Source: Mantamonas sphyraenae STR306 (Eukaryota > Protista > CRuMs). From it: a DNA stretch of 64,000 nucleotides. Under the pieces are notes generated by a model. That model ran no database searches, was not told the origin of the DNA, and was given only the letters and a program-made list of their open reading frames with translations. Positions 1 to 15,631 of the stretch are shown piece after piece. The first letter of the stretch is position 1; each line of letters starts with the position of its first letter. The DNA is taken from contig JAPMXV010000011.1 of the NCBI GenBank assembly GCA_026936335.1, forward strand, positions 186,001 to 250,000, in the 5' to 3' direction. Position numbers and translations under genes: made by a program.

Positions 1-2186
1 GAAGTCCTCAACGAGCTTCTGCAATGTCAGGTACGGCTTGATCTTGTTCTTGCGCTTCCTGTTGGTACTCTCCACTGTGCTAAGGGCAATGAGCAGCCTC
101 TGTTGCTGGGCAGCTGTGACTCCTGGCGAACCTCGCAGCACATCTTCCATGGTGGCCAGCCCCAGGCAAACCACAACGGGGTGCGTGCCACGCACGTGGT
201 CCACAGTCATCTTGTCAAAGGCCACGCTCGCCAAATCCAGGATGTTAACCACGCTTGACGACAACCCCGGGGTCTCTTCCATCTGCCCTGCCTCCTCCGT
301 TGCCTCCTTCTGCTTGACCAACGCTTCCAAGCTGCTCTTGGACACTTTGCCGTTTGGCAGCTCCTTCTTCAGCTCCTTTTTGATGTCACGCACGTCACCC
401 GTGCGCTGCACAGTGCCTTGTTCGCTGAACCACACGCAGGTGGCATCCACCTGCTCGTCGTCGACGTACTTCAGGGCGGTGTTGCGCATCCCATGACCAA
501 TGCCGGTCACCAAATCCTCACGTGATGCTTGGTTATCGAACCGGACTTGCTCATCGTGGACTTTGGCCTCATGGACCCTGGGCTTGTGGCGTTTGCGTGA
601 CCGGTTCCCCTTCCTCGGTTGCTTTCCCGGCTTCCCCTTCCTCAGTTGCTTTCTATGCCTTCCCTTCTTCTGCTGCTGGGCAACCTGGTTCCTTGCTGCC
701 TGTTGCACCCGCACAGGCGCCCGTGAAAGCGACATCGGAGAGGTGGAGCCCATGGAGAACACAACACGCGCCTGTGTTCCCTGCTGCAGCACGACGTTCC
801 CATCCACATACGATGAGTAGTCGTCGTGAACGCGATCGTCATCAAACACTCGCCAATGCGTGTCGTCCACACCCAGGACGAGTACGTAGTGGCCTGCCAA
901 ACCATCGCCCAGATAGATGCCGATGGCCACCGCCTCACTGACGTCCATCCGCTCCACGACGGAGTTGCGTTCGTACGTGATCAAACAGTTTTCGGTGCAG
1001 GTGATCTCGTCTGTTTCCGTGCCAATCACCGTTGAGCATCTTCCACTAGAGCATGTCCATTGGAACTCTGCAACGTGGCCACTGTTAGCAGGCACGCTTG
1101 CAATGCTCGCCTGTGCTTCCACACTGGTCACCTTGTTGCCACACGAACAAAAAGCCTCCCTGGTTGTTGTTGAAAGTGCAGACGGGACGCCAGCGTTCTT
1201 GGCCTCCTCAAAAAGTGCCACGTGCTTCTCGTTTGCCAGCACCCTGTCGTCCATGGGCACGCGACTGGTGTCAAACGCACGAATGGCATGCTTGCTATCG
1301 ACACAACTGCAGAAGGTTGCCCACAAACACCCATAACTGCGGGAGAATGGGAGGCGTGGGGTGAGTGTGTGTGTGCAGGGTGCAGGCGCGCGTGGCGGCG
1401 CGCGTGTGGGCGCGTGTGTGGGGTCGATTCTCGCAACCTACGTCTCAGTCGAGCTTTGCTGGTGCCTCACAAGCCCGGAGTTGGAAACAACGGCGTCTGC
1501 ATGTAGCAGGAGCATCCATACTGTGCTGTCGTCAGCAGGAATGCCTTCCATTCCGGTGAGGTAGGCGAAGAGACCGACTAAACACCTGCCTTGCCACCTC
1601 CAATCTTCATGTACGTCCAGAGCCACAAGCCCGTTCGCGCCAACACTGAGAAGCAGCGCACGCACGGCGACGGTAGCGTGACACAACAATGCCATCGGGT
1701 TCCTTTGAGACGTGGGTTCGAGAGACCTGTCAGCAAAGGCACGAGCCGCGCCGGCACGCGCCAGAAAAAAACCTACTCTATGCCTCTCTTGCACTCTGCT
1801 ACAGTGGCACGGACATCCGTCACTGTGTTCAGATGCTCCACGGCGTCGGCAACAGTGCGTGTGCTCGGGGAAAGTGCGTCAGCAACGCCAGCGAGAGCAT
1901 CTGCACGCTGCTCCTGTGGCGTTGCGTCCCAAACTACCCAGGGCAGCACGTGTGAGTGTCTCTCTGCATAGACCCTGCAATCCAGGCCATACGTACCTTT
2001 GCACAGCTCGTTGAATACGTCCACTGCGTTGGGCATCTGCTGATGCGATTCCGATGCACTCGTTGTCTGCCTTGCTGCCCCAGCGGGAGAGCTTGGCGTC
2101 TCCCCAGTGGTTGTGGCGTGGGAGTCTGTGCCAGTTGTTGTTCGTGTAGTACGGGTGGACCGCAGATTGTATCTGTTGTTGACCAT
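1..2186 (-). CDS. Multi-exon gene (3' end beyond window): divergent USP/peptidase C19-like domain, basic NLS-like tract, unknown C-terminal region
   Basis: Manual translation: the frame is open from 1336 to base 1. Phase-consistent GT-AG introns at 1996-1934 (GTACGT..TAG), 1776-1727 (GTAGGT..GCTGACAG) and 1441-1337 (GTAGGT..CGCAG) join the track ORFs 1773..2246 and 1438..1794 to that frame. Motifs in USP order: Cys-box-like RNPMALLCHATVAVRALL, QQ-box-like HQQSSTETY, Cys pairs, His-box-like IGIYLGDGLAGHYVLVLGVDDTHWRVFDDDRV. Confidence 0.7.
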
Positions 2187-2529
2187 GCGTTGTGTTGCCT
2201 GAGCAAGGGGCCGATTGGGAAGGCACTGGCCAGCGATGCCCACCAATACAAAGTTGCTTTTTACACTCGTGTGTTTGGTTGTGTGCAGATGATACAGTGT
2301 GGCGCGGTGCAGCGCCTGTGCGCAGCGGGCCGGACGGCGATATGTTCTTCAGCATCTCACCGTCTACATAGAGCTCTTATATGAACGAACCAATCACACA
2401 CAAGCGGAAACACGCGTACACGCCGTCCATCACCTCTGGCTCGACCTCACCACATTGGGCATGTGCTGCGCGAGGGGTGGCCAAGGCTGCACACATGGCC
2501 AAAGATACAAAGTAACAGCACACCACAGG

Positions 2530-2690
2530 GAGGGTGGTTTACGACGACTCTGTGCTATTGCATAAGTGTACGCAAGCGAATTGCCCAGCCAGTTGAAACG
2601 TGCATAACGGCGGGAGGTTGTGGGATGTGTTGGTACGCGAAGCGCAGCACCCGCTGTGCTCTGCGCCCACTCAGGTACTCCACCTCCTCC
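2530..2690. repeat. Diverged direct repeat, copy A (partner at 3146-3290)
   Basis: gagggtggtttacgacgactctgtg..ccagttgaaacgtgcataacggcgggaggttgtgggatgtgttgg aligns by eye with gtgggtggtccaagacgaccctctg..ccagttgaagcgtccacaatggtacgagattgtgggccgagttgg. The offset is 616 then 604 (one 12-nt indel). Confidence 0.65.
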
Positions 2691-3145
2691 GCCTCCACCA
2701 TCTCCTCCACATCCACACTGTCCAAGTACCCACCCACTACCTGTGCTTGTCCTTTTCCACTCCCTCCTCCCCATGCTGCTCCAATGCCACCTCGACCATC
2801 GCCATCAAACACACAGCCCCGCATACCCAAACGTCCACGTGCCACCTCACCATCACTCACCGCATGTGCCACCTTGCTACACTCCTTTGCCAGTCGCAGA
2901 CACTTTGCATGGTACACAGTGGAGTGCACCACCTCGGCGACTCCGCATGCCCCTCCTCCCCCACCAGACTGCCCCCACGACACCACATCCTCACCAGTGT
3001 CTCTGCATCATGCTCCTGTCCCACCGACTGCATCACATGCTCCGTCAGCATGGGCATCAGCCCATGCATAGCTCCACGTTGGTCACAGCAGTGCAACCCA
3101 GTAGCACCACCCCTGTGCCTCAGACAGCACTCTGTGCGACGCAAT

Positions 3146-3290
3146 GTGGGTGGTCCAAGACGACCCTCTGAGAGTGGGTGCAAGCGCCCTTCCCAGTTGA
3201 AGCGTCCACAATGGTACGAGATTGTGGGCCGAGTTGGAGGGCAATGCAGGGAAACGCCTGTTCATTTCCTCTCCTGAGAGGTTGCACGGC
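3146..3290. repeat. Diverged direct repeat, copy B (partner at 2530-2690)
   Basis: Same alignment as copy A; contains the perfect stem ccacaat/attgtgg and an outer gccct/agggc pairing. Confidence 0.65.
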
Positions 3291-3593
3291 TAGACATGCA
3301 GACCACACCCATTCTCTGTGCTATGCGGCGCCCCACTAAGTCCCATCGGAGAACAAGCTTGCCCCCTCGCACAAGGAAGGGGGATTTGCTCAGCCGGTTT
3401 GGTACGGATTTTTCATCGCCAGCACACAGAACGCCTGGTCAGGAGGATTATACACGCGCGGGACGGCCTTGCCACTGCATCCCTCTCGTGGTGTGTAGAG
3501 TGGACTACGTCGGTTGTAGGCTGCTGTGAACTGTGTGCAAGGAGTGTGGACACCATACTGGTGATTCAGTTGGAGATGCGTGTCAGACCATCA

Positions 3594-4634
3594 TCAGGCG
3601 ACATAGTTTGAGTGTTTGATCCAACCGTTCACTTCCCGCCATCCTACAAAATGTAGGGCATGGTCTATGGCAGCCTCTGTGCAGATGTCCACGCGATGGT
3701 GGTGCCGCCGCAGCATGGCCTTGAATTTGCTAAACATCTCCTCGATGGGGTTTAGGTATGGCGAGTATGCCGGGAGATACTCCAGCTCGACGCCGTACTG
3801 TGCACACAGCTGCTTCACTTCATCGCCCTTGTGAATCGAGCAGTTATCCAACACAATGACTGACTGCCTGTACCGCTGCATCCGTGGCAGCAAGCGATGC
3901 CGCAAAAAGAAAAGGAAATCCACACGCTTGTGTGCCCCAGTCCGCGTCTGCCAGCACATGAGACCATGCCTTCCGCCTCCAATGGCCGCCAGTACAGAGA
4001 TACTCCGTCTCTGGCGCGAGTAGGTTTGCACAGAGAGGGCGTCGACGCCCGGTTTGTTTCTTCCACGGCGACGCCAACACTCGCGGTTGTTGACTCCAGT
4101 CTCGTCGACCCACACTACATTCCTTGCGCGCATTCGTGCATCTGTACGTTGTAGCCGTTCAAAATCGCGCCGCCGCGCACGCACGTGCGGCTTCTTGCGT
4201 TCAGCAGGGACAATCTTCAACTTTTTCAGTCGCAACTGATGCCGTTGGCAGAATCTACACAGTGTAGACAGGGAAACTCGAAGATTGAATTGTCTCGTCA
4301 AAGCCAGCTGCATCTCATCAAGATACGTGGCACTGTGCTTCGCTATGAGGCGGACCAGGAATCGTTTGTGGTGCGCCTGCAATTTTTCTGGCCGCCCACC
4401 CGCACGAGGTTGAGGTGCCACACCTCCTGTGGCACGAAACTGGGCAACGTACTTGTGCACAGCACCTACGCTGACCTTCCAGTGCAAGGCTACCTGCTTC
4501 ATTGATTGCGGGGGGTTTGCGTTCAGGTAGCCGTTTACAATGTTGAGGCGCATCGCTTCCGGGATGGCAGAACCAGACTTGTACACCCCACCGTGTGTGT
4601 TGATCTTGAACGTTGGGTTCATTGCACTGGGCAT
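3594..4634 (-). mobile_element. IS630/Tc1-mariner superfamily DDE transposase (DD34E), intact intronless 346-aa ORF with paired-like HTH N-terminus
   Basis: Catalytic motifs WVDETG, VLDNCSIH and YLPAYSPYLNPIE, with 34 residues between the second D and the E. Bipartite HTH N-terminus. Element termini not identified. Confidence 0.93.
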
Positions 4635-4641
4635 GTTGGTT

Positions 4642-4755
4642 TGGTGACAATTTCTGATCCGTCAGGTTGGCGTCTGGTGCGCCTTGTCCATCACACCTGC
4701 TTGACATCCCTTCTCGTCCACACAATGCATTGTTCGCAAGGATTCATTGTCACCA
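4642..4755. repeat. 10-bp inverted repeat enclosing a 12-bp palindrome, just upstream of the transposase ATG
   Basis: tggtgacaat (4642-4651) / attgtcacca (4746-4755); palindrome acaatgcattgt (4722-4733). Confidence 0.5.
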
Positions 4756-4983
4756 TTGAATAGATGAGTTCGGGTAGCTTCTTTCAGTGCGCGTGGAAAC
4801 CGAAGGGGGTGGGAACGATTGGCGGTTGGAGCTCAGCCAACCGGGGTGTGAACATCTCTGTGATCACAAAGGACCCACAGATGAGTGATATCATGCCTCG
4901 GTGAACATTCTATGTGTTTCTGGGCGTTGTTCTCGGTGGTGGAGCCACGTTCACGCTCAATTGCAACCACCTGACCAACGATC

Positions 4984-6514
4984 TCACTGGTCGACCCCCT
5001 CCTCCACCGTAGCCCCATCTGCATTGCCACTCGTCTTTTTCTTCTTCTTGCGTCCTCGCTTCCACGGCTTGCTCGCGTTGGCTGCCCGTGTCTTTGCTCG
5101 TGTGCTGGAGCGGCCGTAGTAATTGCTCCACGAGCCGCCATCGGCGCTGTAGAAATCCATGGGGTACACCGACTTCCACTCGACCTGCTTCAGGGCCACC
5201 GTCATCTCGTAGGTGTTCAGCAGAGGCTTGCCAAACGCATAGCCCCAATCGATGGACAGGCGAGGGCAGGCCACCTGCACCCATGCATCCACCTCTGCAA
5301 ACAGCGCCAGCTTGCTGGGAAAGATCTCGCTGAGCAGAAGCACCAGCGGGGTCTTTCCCGCATCTTCCACCTGCTTCTTCATGCGCTCAAGGATGCCTGT
5401 GTTGCCCTGGCGTCCTAGGGTGCCCAGGATGATGCCCACGCACTTTGCATCCACACTGCGTGCAATGGCCTCCTGCCGGATCTCATGCATTTTGGCGTGT
5501 TGATACCCTTCCTGTGTGAATTCCTTGCTGTACGGATCGTACCGGTACGCCGGTGTGTCCGGGTTGCTGATCATGATGCTCTCCAGATGGAAGCGGCCGT
5601 CGCCCAGGTACAGAACCGCGGCCATGTCCTCACGCACCTGCGGTGAAGTGCATCCCAGCACTTCGCCTGCACTCAAGGGCTTGGACTGCGGCACCACAAT
5701 CTCTGCAAAGTGCTGGCTGAGCAGACGTTGCGACACCTGCAACGCACTGGCAAACTGGATGGTTCCCACAAGCATCAACTTGCTATCTGCCGCAAAGTTG
5801 GCCTTGACTGTGTCCACAAAGTGTTGCACGTCGATGCTGATGTCCACAAACACATACACCAGCCGCACACTCGTCTGCGTCACGGGCACCAGGCAGCTGT
5901 GACCATAGTGCACCATCAGATCCACCCCCAATGCCTTGGCTGTGTAATCGTCCACACAGCACGCCCCGTATGTCACATCTCCCATAATTACTGTGTCTGC
6001 CCCCGTGAAGCTGGTGAACACCACAGGGCGGAAGCGGTGTGGGTCAGTCACTTTTGTCCGCCGCATGCCCTCAACACGCCACCCCCCGCTCTCTCAGCAA
6101 ACTCGCAACGTACTCTTCCAGAATGTCTGCAATGGTGCATGCGTACATAAGCAGGCCTTCGGGCATCTGCAGCGCCACTCGTTTTGCATTGAACTGCTGA
6201 ATACGTGCAATGGTCTTTGGAATCTCAAAGTTGTAGTTGCTCGGAAGCACAGAGATGGCCTTTTGCAGCGCTTCGTTGCCTGCCACCTCCTCTGGAATGT
6301 GTGAAAGTGTTTTCGGGTTCCCTCCGCTGCCGCTGCTGCTGCTGCTTCCGGCCCCCGTGGCCGCTTCCTGGGCCTCGTCGTTCGTGTTCAGTACTACCAT
6401 CGCCTCAATGGCCCCCACCTCGTCAGTGTCCTCCACACTCGTTCCAATGTCGATTCCAGCTCGCTCGGCAGCCTCTTTCTTCTTTGCCGAGCCGTCAAAG
6501 CGTTTCGGGAGCAT
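4984..6514 (-). CDS. DPH1: Diphthamide biosynthesis protein 1
   Basis: Motifs [76 protein letters not shown]. Intron 6113-6011 (GTACGT..CAG, phase 2). Start ATG is inferred. Confidence 0.95.
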
Positions 6515-6597
6515 CGCAAGGGAAAGGTTGGCGTTGAAAGCGGCTGTATTCGAAATCAATGTCACACACTCCTTTCTCCTCTCCATGACCCGGTTCA

Positions 6598-11754
<5,157 letters not shown>

Positions 11755-11809
11755 GGTTGCGCAGTCGGGCGGAGGGTTGGAGGCGCCACCGCAGGCACAC
11801 AGATCGACG
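11755..11809. promoter_or_regulatory. 55-bp head-to-head spacer containing CCGCAGGC (candidate bidirectional promoter or trans-splice acceptor)
   Basis: Divergent ATGs at 11754(-) and 11810(+). The 8-mer at 11789-11796 recurs in the spacers at 31329-31336 and 58314-58321(-). Confidence 0.4.
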
Positions 11810-12526
11810 ATGTTCACGACAATTCGACTGTTGACCACCAACAACTACCTGGTGGTTCGTTCGCGTGTGCGACGCCTGCTGTTTCTGATGATCATCCTGG
11901 GCGCGGTGGACATCGGCGTGTCGTTCATGTACGATCGCCTGCCTGCATACGGTGCCTACCTGCTGTATCTGGGCATTTCCACGCTCGTGGCTGCCATTGT
12001 GGGCATTGCTGGCTTCCGAGCCGAGTCGTTGCCGCTGCTCTTTGTGTTCTGGCTGTTCCTTGTGGGCCGCGTGGTTGTCTACCTCCTGATTGACTTTGGC
12101 ATCATCGACCTGTACGAGGGCCAGGACGCCTTCCAAGTGCTGGGCTACTTCCTTCCCATCCTCCACCTGGTCATTGGTTTCCTGTACGTGGCGGCCGTCG
12201 GGCGCTTCTTGCGCATGTTGCGTGAACGCAAGCAGAACCCGGCTGCCTACCAGAACCTGAACGACGGCCAGCAAACCGTCGTGACCGCCACTGTGGTCAC
12301 GCAAAGTCCTGCTCAGTATTCTCAGCAGCAGCAGGGTGGGTACGGCCAGCAACACGCGCAGGCAGGCACCTACAGTGCCCCGCCCCCCACCAACCCCGGC
12401 TACTCCCAGGGTCAGCCTGTGCAAGGATACGGACAGCAACAGCAACAGCACCCTTACGCCCCGCAGCCCTCGTACCAGGGCCAACCGCAGCCAACTGGAC
12501 GTGCGCAGGGTGGCGAGCTGCTCTGA
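11810..12526 (+). CDS. Four-TM membrane protein with Q/P/Y/G-rich cytoplasmic tail
   Basis: Four hydrophobic stretches followed by a low-complexity QQQGGYGQ/PPP tail; first ATG at 11810. Confidence 0.8.
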   Translation: MFTTIRLLTTNNYLVVRSRVRRLLFLMIILGAVDIGVSFMYDRLPAYGAYLLYLGISTLVAAIVGIAGFRAESLPLLFVFWLFLVGRVVVYLLIDFGIIDLYEGQDAFQVLGYFLPILHLVIGFLYVAAVGRFLRMLRERKQNPAAYQNLNDGQQTVVTATVVTQSPAQYSQQQQGGYGQQHAQAGTYSAPPPTNPGYSQGQPVQGYGQQQQQHPYAPQPSYQGQPQPTGRAQGGELL

Positions 12527-12575
12527 GGAAAGGCCAAATCAGGAAGCAACAAATTTTGATTTTTTGCAAACCTTT

Positions 12576-15500
12576 TTACAACGCCAGACGAGGGGTCCCT
12601 GGTTGCGTGGGACCCACGGCTGCTTGGTCAATGGTGTCTTCTGGGCTGTCACGTGTGTCTGCGCTTGCAGTTTCGGCTGTGACGTCATTGAAGGAGCTCG
12701 AACTGCTTTCGCGTTCGCTGGCCATGGCAGCAATGGTTTCCACGCCGTCGTTGTGCTCGTCCAGGTCGTCACTTTCGCTGTGCTCTGTGCCAGAGGCGTC
12801 GCCATCGTCAAAGAGCGAGTCGCGACGCGAGCTTGTCAACGCCCACTTTTGCGTGCGAACACGCTGGGTGTCCAAGTGTTGGCCCTCATTCTCCATGGGT
12901 TTCGCATGCGATGCCGACGAGGAAGAGGCAAGAGAGGAGGAGGAGGGTGCGCGTACGTTGAGGGCCGGCACGGGCACGATTGCGTTCTTGCCCAGAGTCT
13001 TGCCGTAGCCGCCGGCGTGGGGCTCGGGTTGCTTGCCCTTGTCGCTGCTGCCGGCATTGTTGTCTTTGGCCTTGCTCTTGCGTTTCCATGGCAGACTGAT
13101 GCGATTGGAGGCGTGTGCGTTGGAGAAGCCCTCCTCGTCCTCTTCAATGTCAAAGGGCAGCGGCACGTGCTTGGTGACACGAAACTCGCCCGCGTTTGCC
13201 AGCTGTTCGTTCTCCAAACGCAGCAGATTCCACTGGATGCGACGCAGGACAGAAACCAGCCCCACAACGGAGCGGAACCAGACCGGGTTGAAGATGAGAA
13301 AGTCTGGCGAAAGGGCAAAGATCCACATCAGGCGCCCAAAGAGGTTGGAAACCATGGCCCAGTAGTAGAACAGGGGGGTGCCGTAGAGGAGTTCGTTGCG
13401 AAGGAACTTGTACTGTGCACCGGGCTTGAAGAGACCCCAATCACGCACAAAATCCCAGTACGTTGCGTAGCAGGTGTTGAACACAGCGGCCAGGATCCAC
13501 ATGATGCGGTACTGGTTGTACGACTCGTTGTTGGCTGCCTCTGCACCACTGAGCTGCAGGTTGAGGGTGGAGAAGAGGACGACGAGCAGAGCACTCAAAT
13601 ACTTGCCGGCGTTGATGAGATGCGGGTTTGCCTTTTTCGTGTCGTAGTAGCGGCGCAGACACTGCATGAAGCGAAAGTAGGCAGGCATGCAGGAGATGAT
13701 GGGCACGGCAATGAGTTGTTGGTTGGTGCACACGTCGCCGCCGCTCCAGTAGTCGGTGACGATGTAACACAGAGACAACTCCATGTCCTGCATGATGATC
13801 ACCGCACTGTTCATCTGATCGGCAATGAAGAAGTCGCGGAACACGACTTCGGTGAACGGGGCCGACAGGATGACGAGGAACACCGAGAGGAGCCAGCGGC
13901 GGGTGCCATAAAAGAGGTGGCGAGTGGGCCACAGAATAAACACAATGATGGCGAGGATGAAAGCGAGCATAAAGAGACGAGAGTCGATGAACTGCGTGAC
14001 TTGGATGTAGGGATCGTATTCGCCACTACCTCCGTTTTTCAGCGTGCGCAGGTAGAGCCAGGCACAGCCGGACCAGGCAAGGGTGAGGATGCTTGCAGCT
14101 TGCCCTGCTTGGATCGGCGTCAGATGGTTGTGCAGGTCGTGGTCAAAGATGAACTTCCAGTTGACGTGCACCCTGGTCCACATGAAGATGTTGAGGGCGT
14201 AGCCCCAGGAAAAGAGGATGAATAAGAAGGTCCAGCGGAACGTGGCCATGACAGCTGTGAGTGATTCGATGCGATCAATTTGCACGAGAACAGCCGGATC
14301 CGAGGCGTACGTGGCAGCGGCAATGAGCACGGGGATGGAGATGCCCAGACAGAGGCCGAGAATGAAGGCGGGCCAAACCTGTTCCTTTTCCAGCACCTGG
14401 GCCTCATCCATGCGCTTCTGTGCCTTGTCTGTGCTTCCATTGTAGTACTCGTCCGCAAACAGTTGCAGAGTGAGCTTTTTGTTGATGATGAGGTCTTCGT
14501 GGTCGACAAACTGGTAGCTGCGCACGAGGTCGACGTACTCGGAGCCGCATTTCTGTGTGTGGCATGCGAGAGACACAGAGACAAGTGTGAGGGGTGGGTG
14601 GGGAAGGGGTGGGTGGGGAGAGATTGGAGGGGCGACGGCCTGTGCACACGTACCTGCTCTGCATACTTGTCAAACTTCTTCATGATCTTGACAATGGCGG
14701 TAAAGTTGAGTGTGCAGTAGTTCTGCAACATGGTCTGTGCCTTGAAGAGCTCGATAAAGGCCCTTTTCAGTGTTTTGTGGTACTTTGCGCGTGCGGCTTC
14801 GTCCATGTGACCTTCGTGTTGGTCCTGGTTTTCGCCGTTGACGTTGTGATGGACAAACATGTCCTTGAGGGTGGCAGAGAAGCCCAGGTTGTTGGGCACG
14901 TGCTGGCCACTCTTGAGCGCATCGATTTGGCGCTTGAGTTGGGTGAGCCGTGTCTTGTTCTGTCGGTGGCGGTCGAGGTAGAACTCGTTCACCTTGATGA
15001 CCTCGTTGTCGGCAAACTCGAAAAAGGCGTGGAACGTGCTGTTGACGACGACACCATCCTCTTCCGGAACAACCGTCACCCTGTTTGTGTGTGGCACGGG
15101 CTTCAGCGTGCATCGGGGCACTTTGTACTCAGGGGCTGCGGGTGGGCAACGGGCGGGGTGCAACTGGGTGAGCAATCCGCGCGTTCACGCTTTGCAGCTG
15201 CCAAAACAGACACAAACGCTTGGCAAACGGTAGATTACGGCGCCAAACGCCCCCATGTGTTTGTGGACACAGTGAGGGAAGCGCATTGGCCACGTGGACA
15301 CGGTGTGACCCGGCAGCGTGTGCGGCATGTGGAAAAACGGCCGGGTCCGAGACACCGCCCACGCACACGTACGTTTGCTGACGGCGAAGGAGCGCCTGCG
15401 ACTGGGAGAGGTGGGACCTGAGATGCGCGAGAGAGGCATGACGTGTGTGACGGAGCCGCCAGAGGATGACGGTTCGTTCTGTGTGGACGACGGAAACGCT

Positions 15501-15631
15501 GGGGCGCGGCGCTTTTCCTCCTCCAGCGAAGCAATGGTGGCCTTGATACGCTTCTTTCCCTCCTTGTAGTCAAAGTAGCGTTTTCGCCACTCTGGAATGA
15601 GCTGCTGCTGCATTTGCTTCCCAAACTTCAT
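12576..15631 (-). CDS. XPR1: SPX-EXS phosphate exporter (XPR1/SYG1/PHO1 family)
   Basis: SPX motifs MKFGK..IPEWRKRYFDYKEGKK and NYCTLNFTAIVKIMKKFDK; EXS motifs FRDFFIADQMNS, RFMQCLRRY, NAGKY, WDFVRDWGL, RRIQWNLLRLENEQ. Introns 15372-15136 and 14653-14553. Confidence 0.93.

Noticed and set aside
38-1336. Plus-strand ORFs 38..496, 500..820 and 917..1336 as genes
   Set aside because: They are antisense shadows of the open minus-strand frame carrying the USP-like motifs.
2005-2030. Third copy of the 2530/3146 repeat (gttgaatacgtccac)
   Set aside because: It is a short gapped match inside coding sequence, with no hairpin or flanking similarity.
1-3593. Fanzor/TnpB gene downstream of the transposase
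   Set aside because: No RuvC (DPG/E/D) or zinc-finger motifs are recognisable within the window. It cannot be excluded for the part beyond base 1.
3440-4800. TIR pair flanking the transposase (cacgcgc/gcgcgtg; gtgtggac/gtccacac)
   Set aside because: The matches are only 7-8 bp, without symmetric TA flanks, and are expected by chance.
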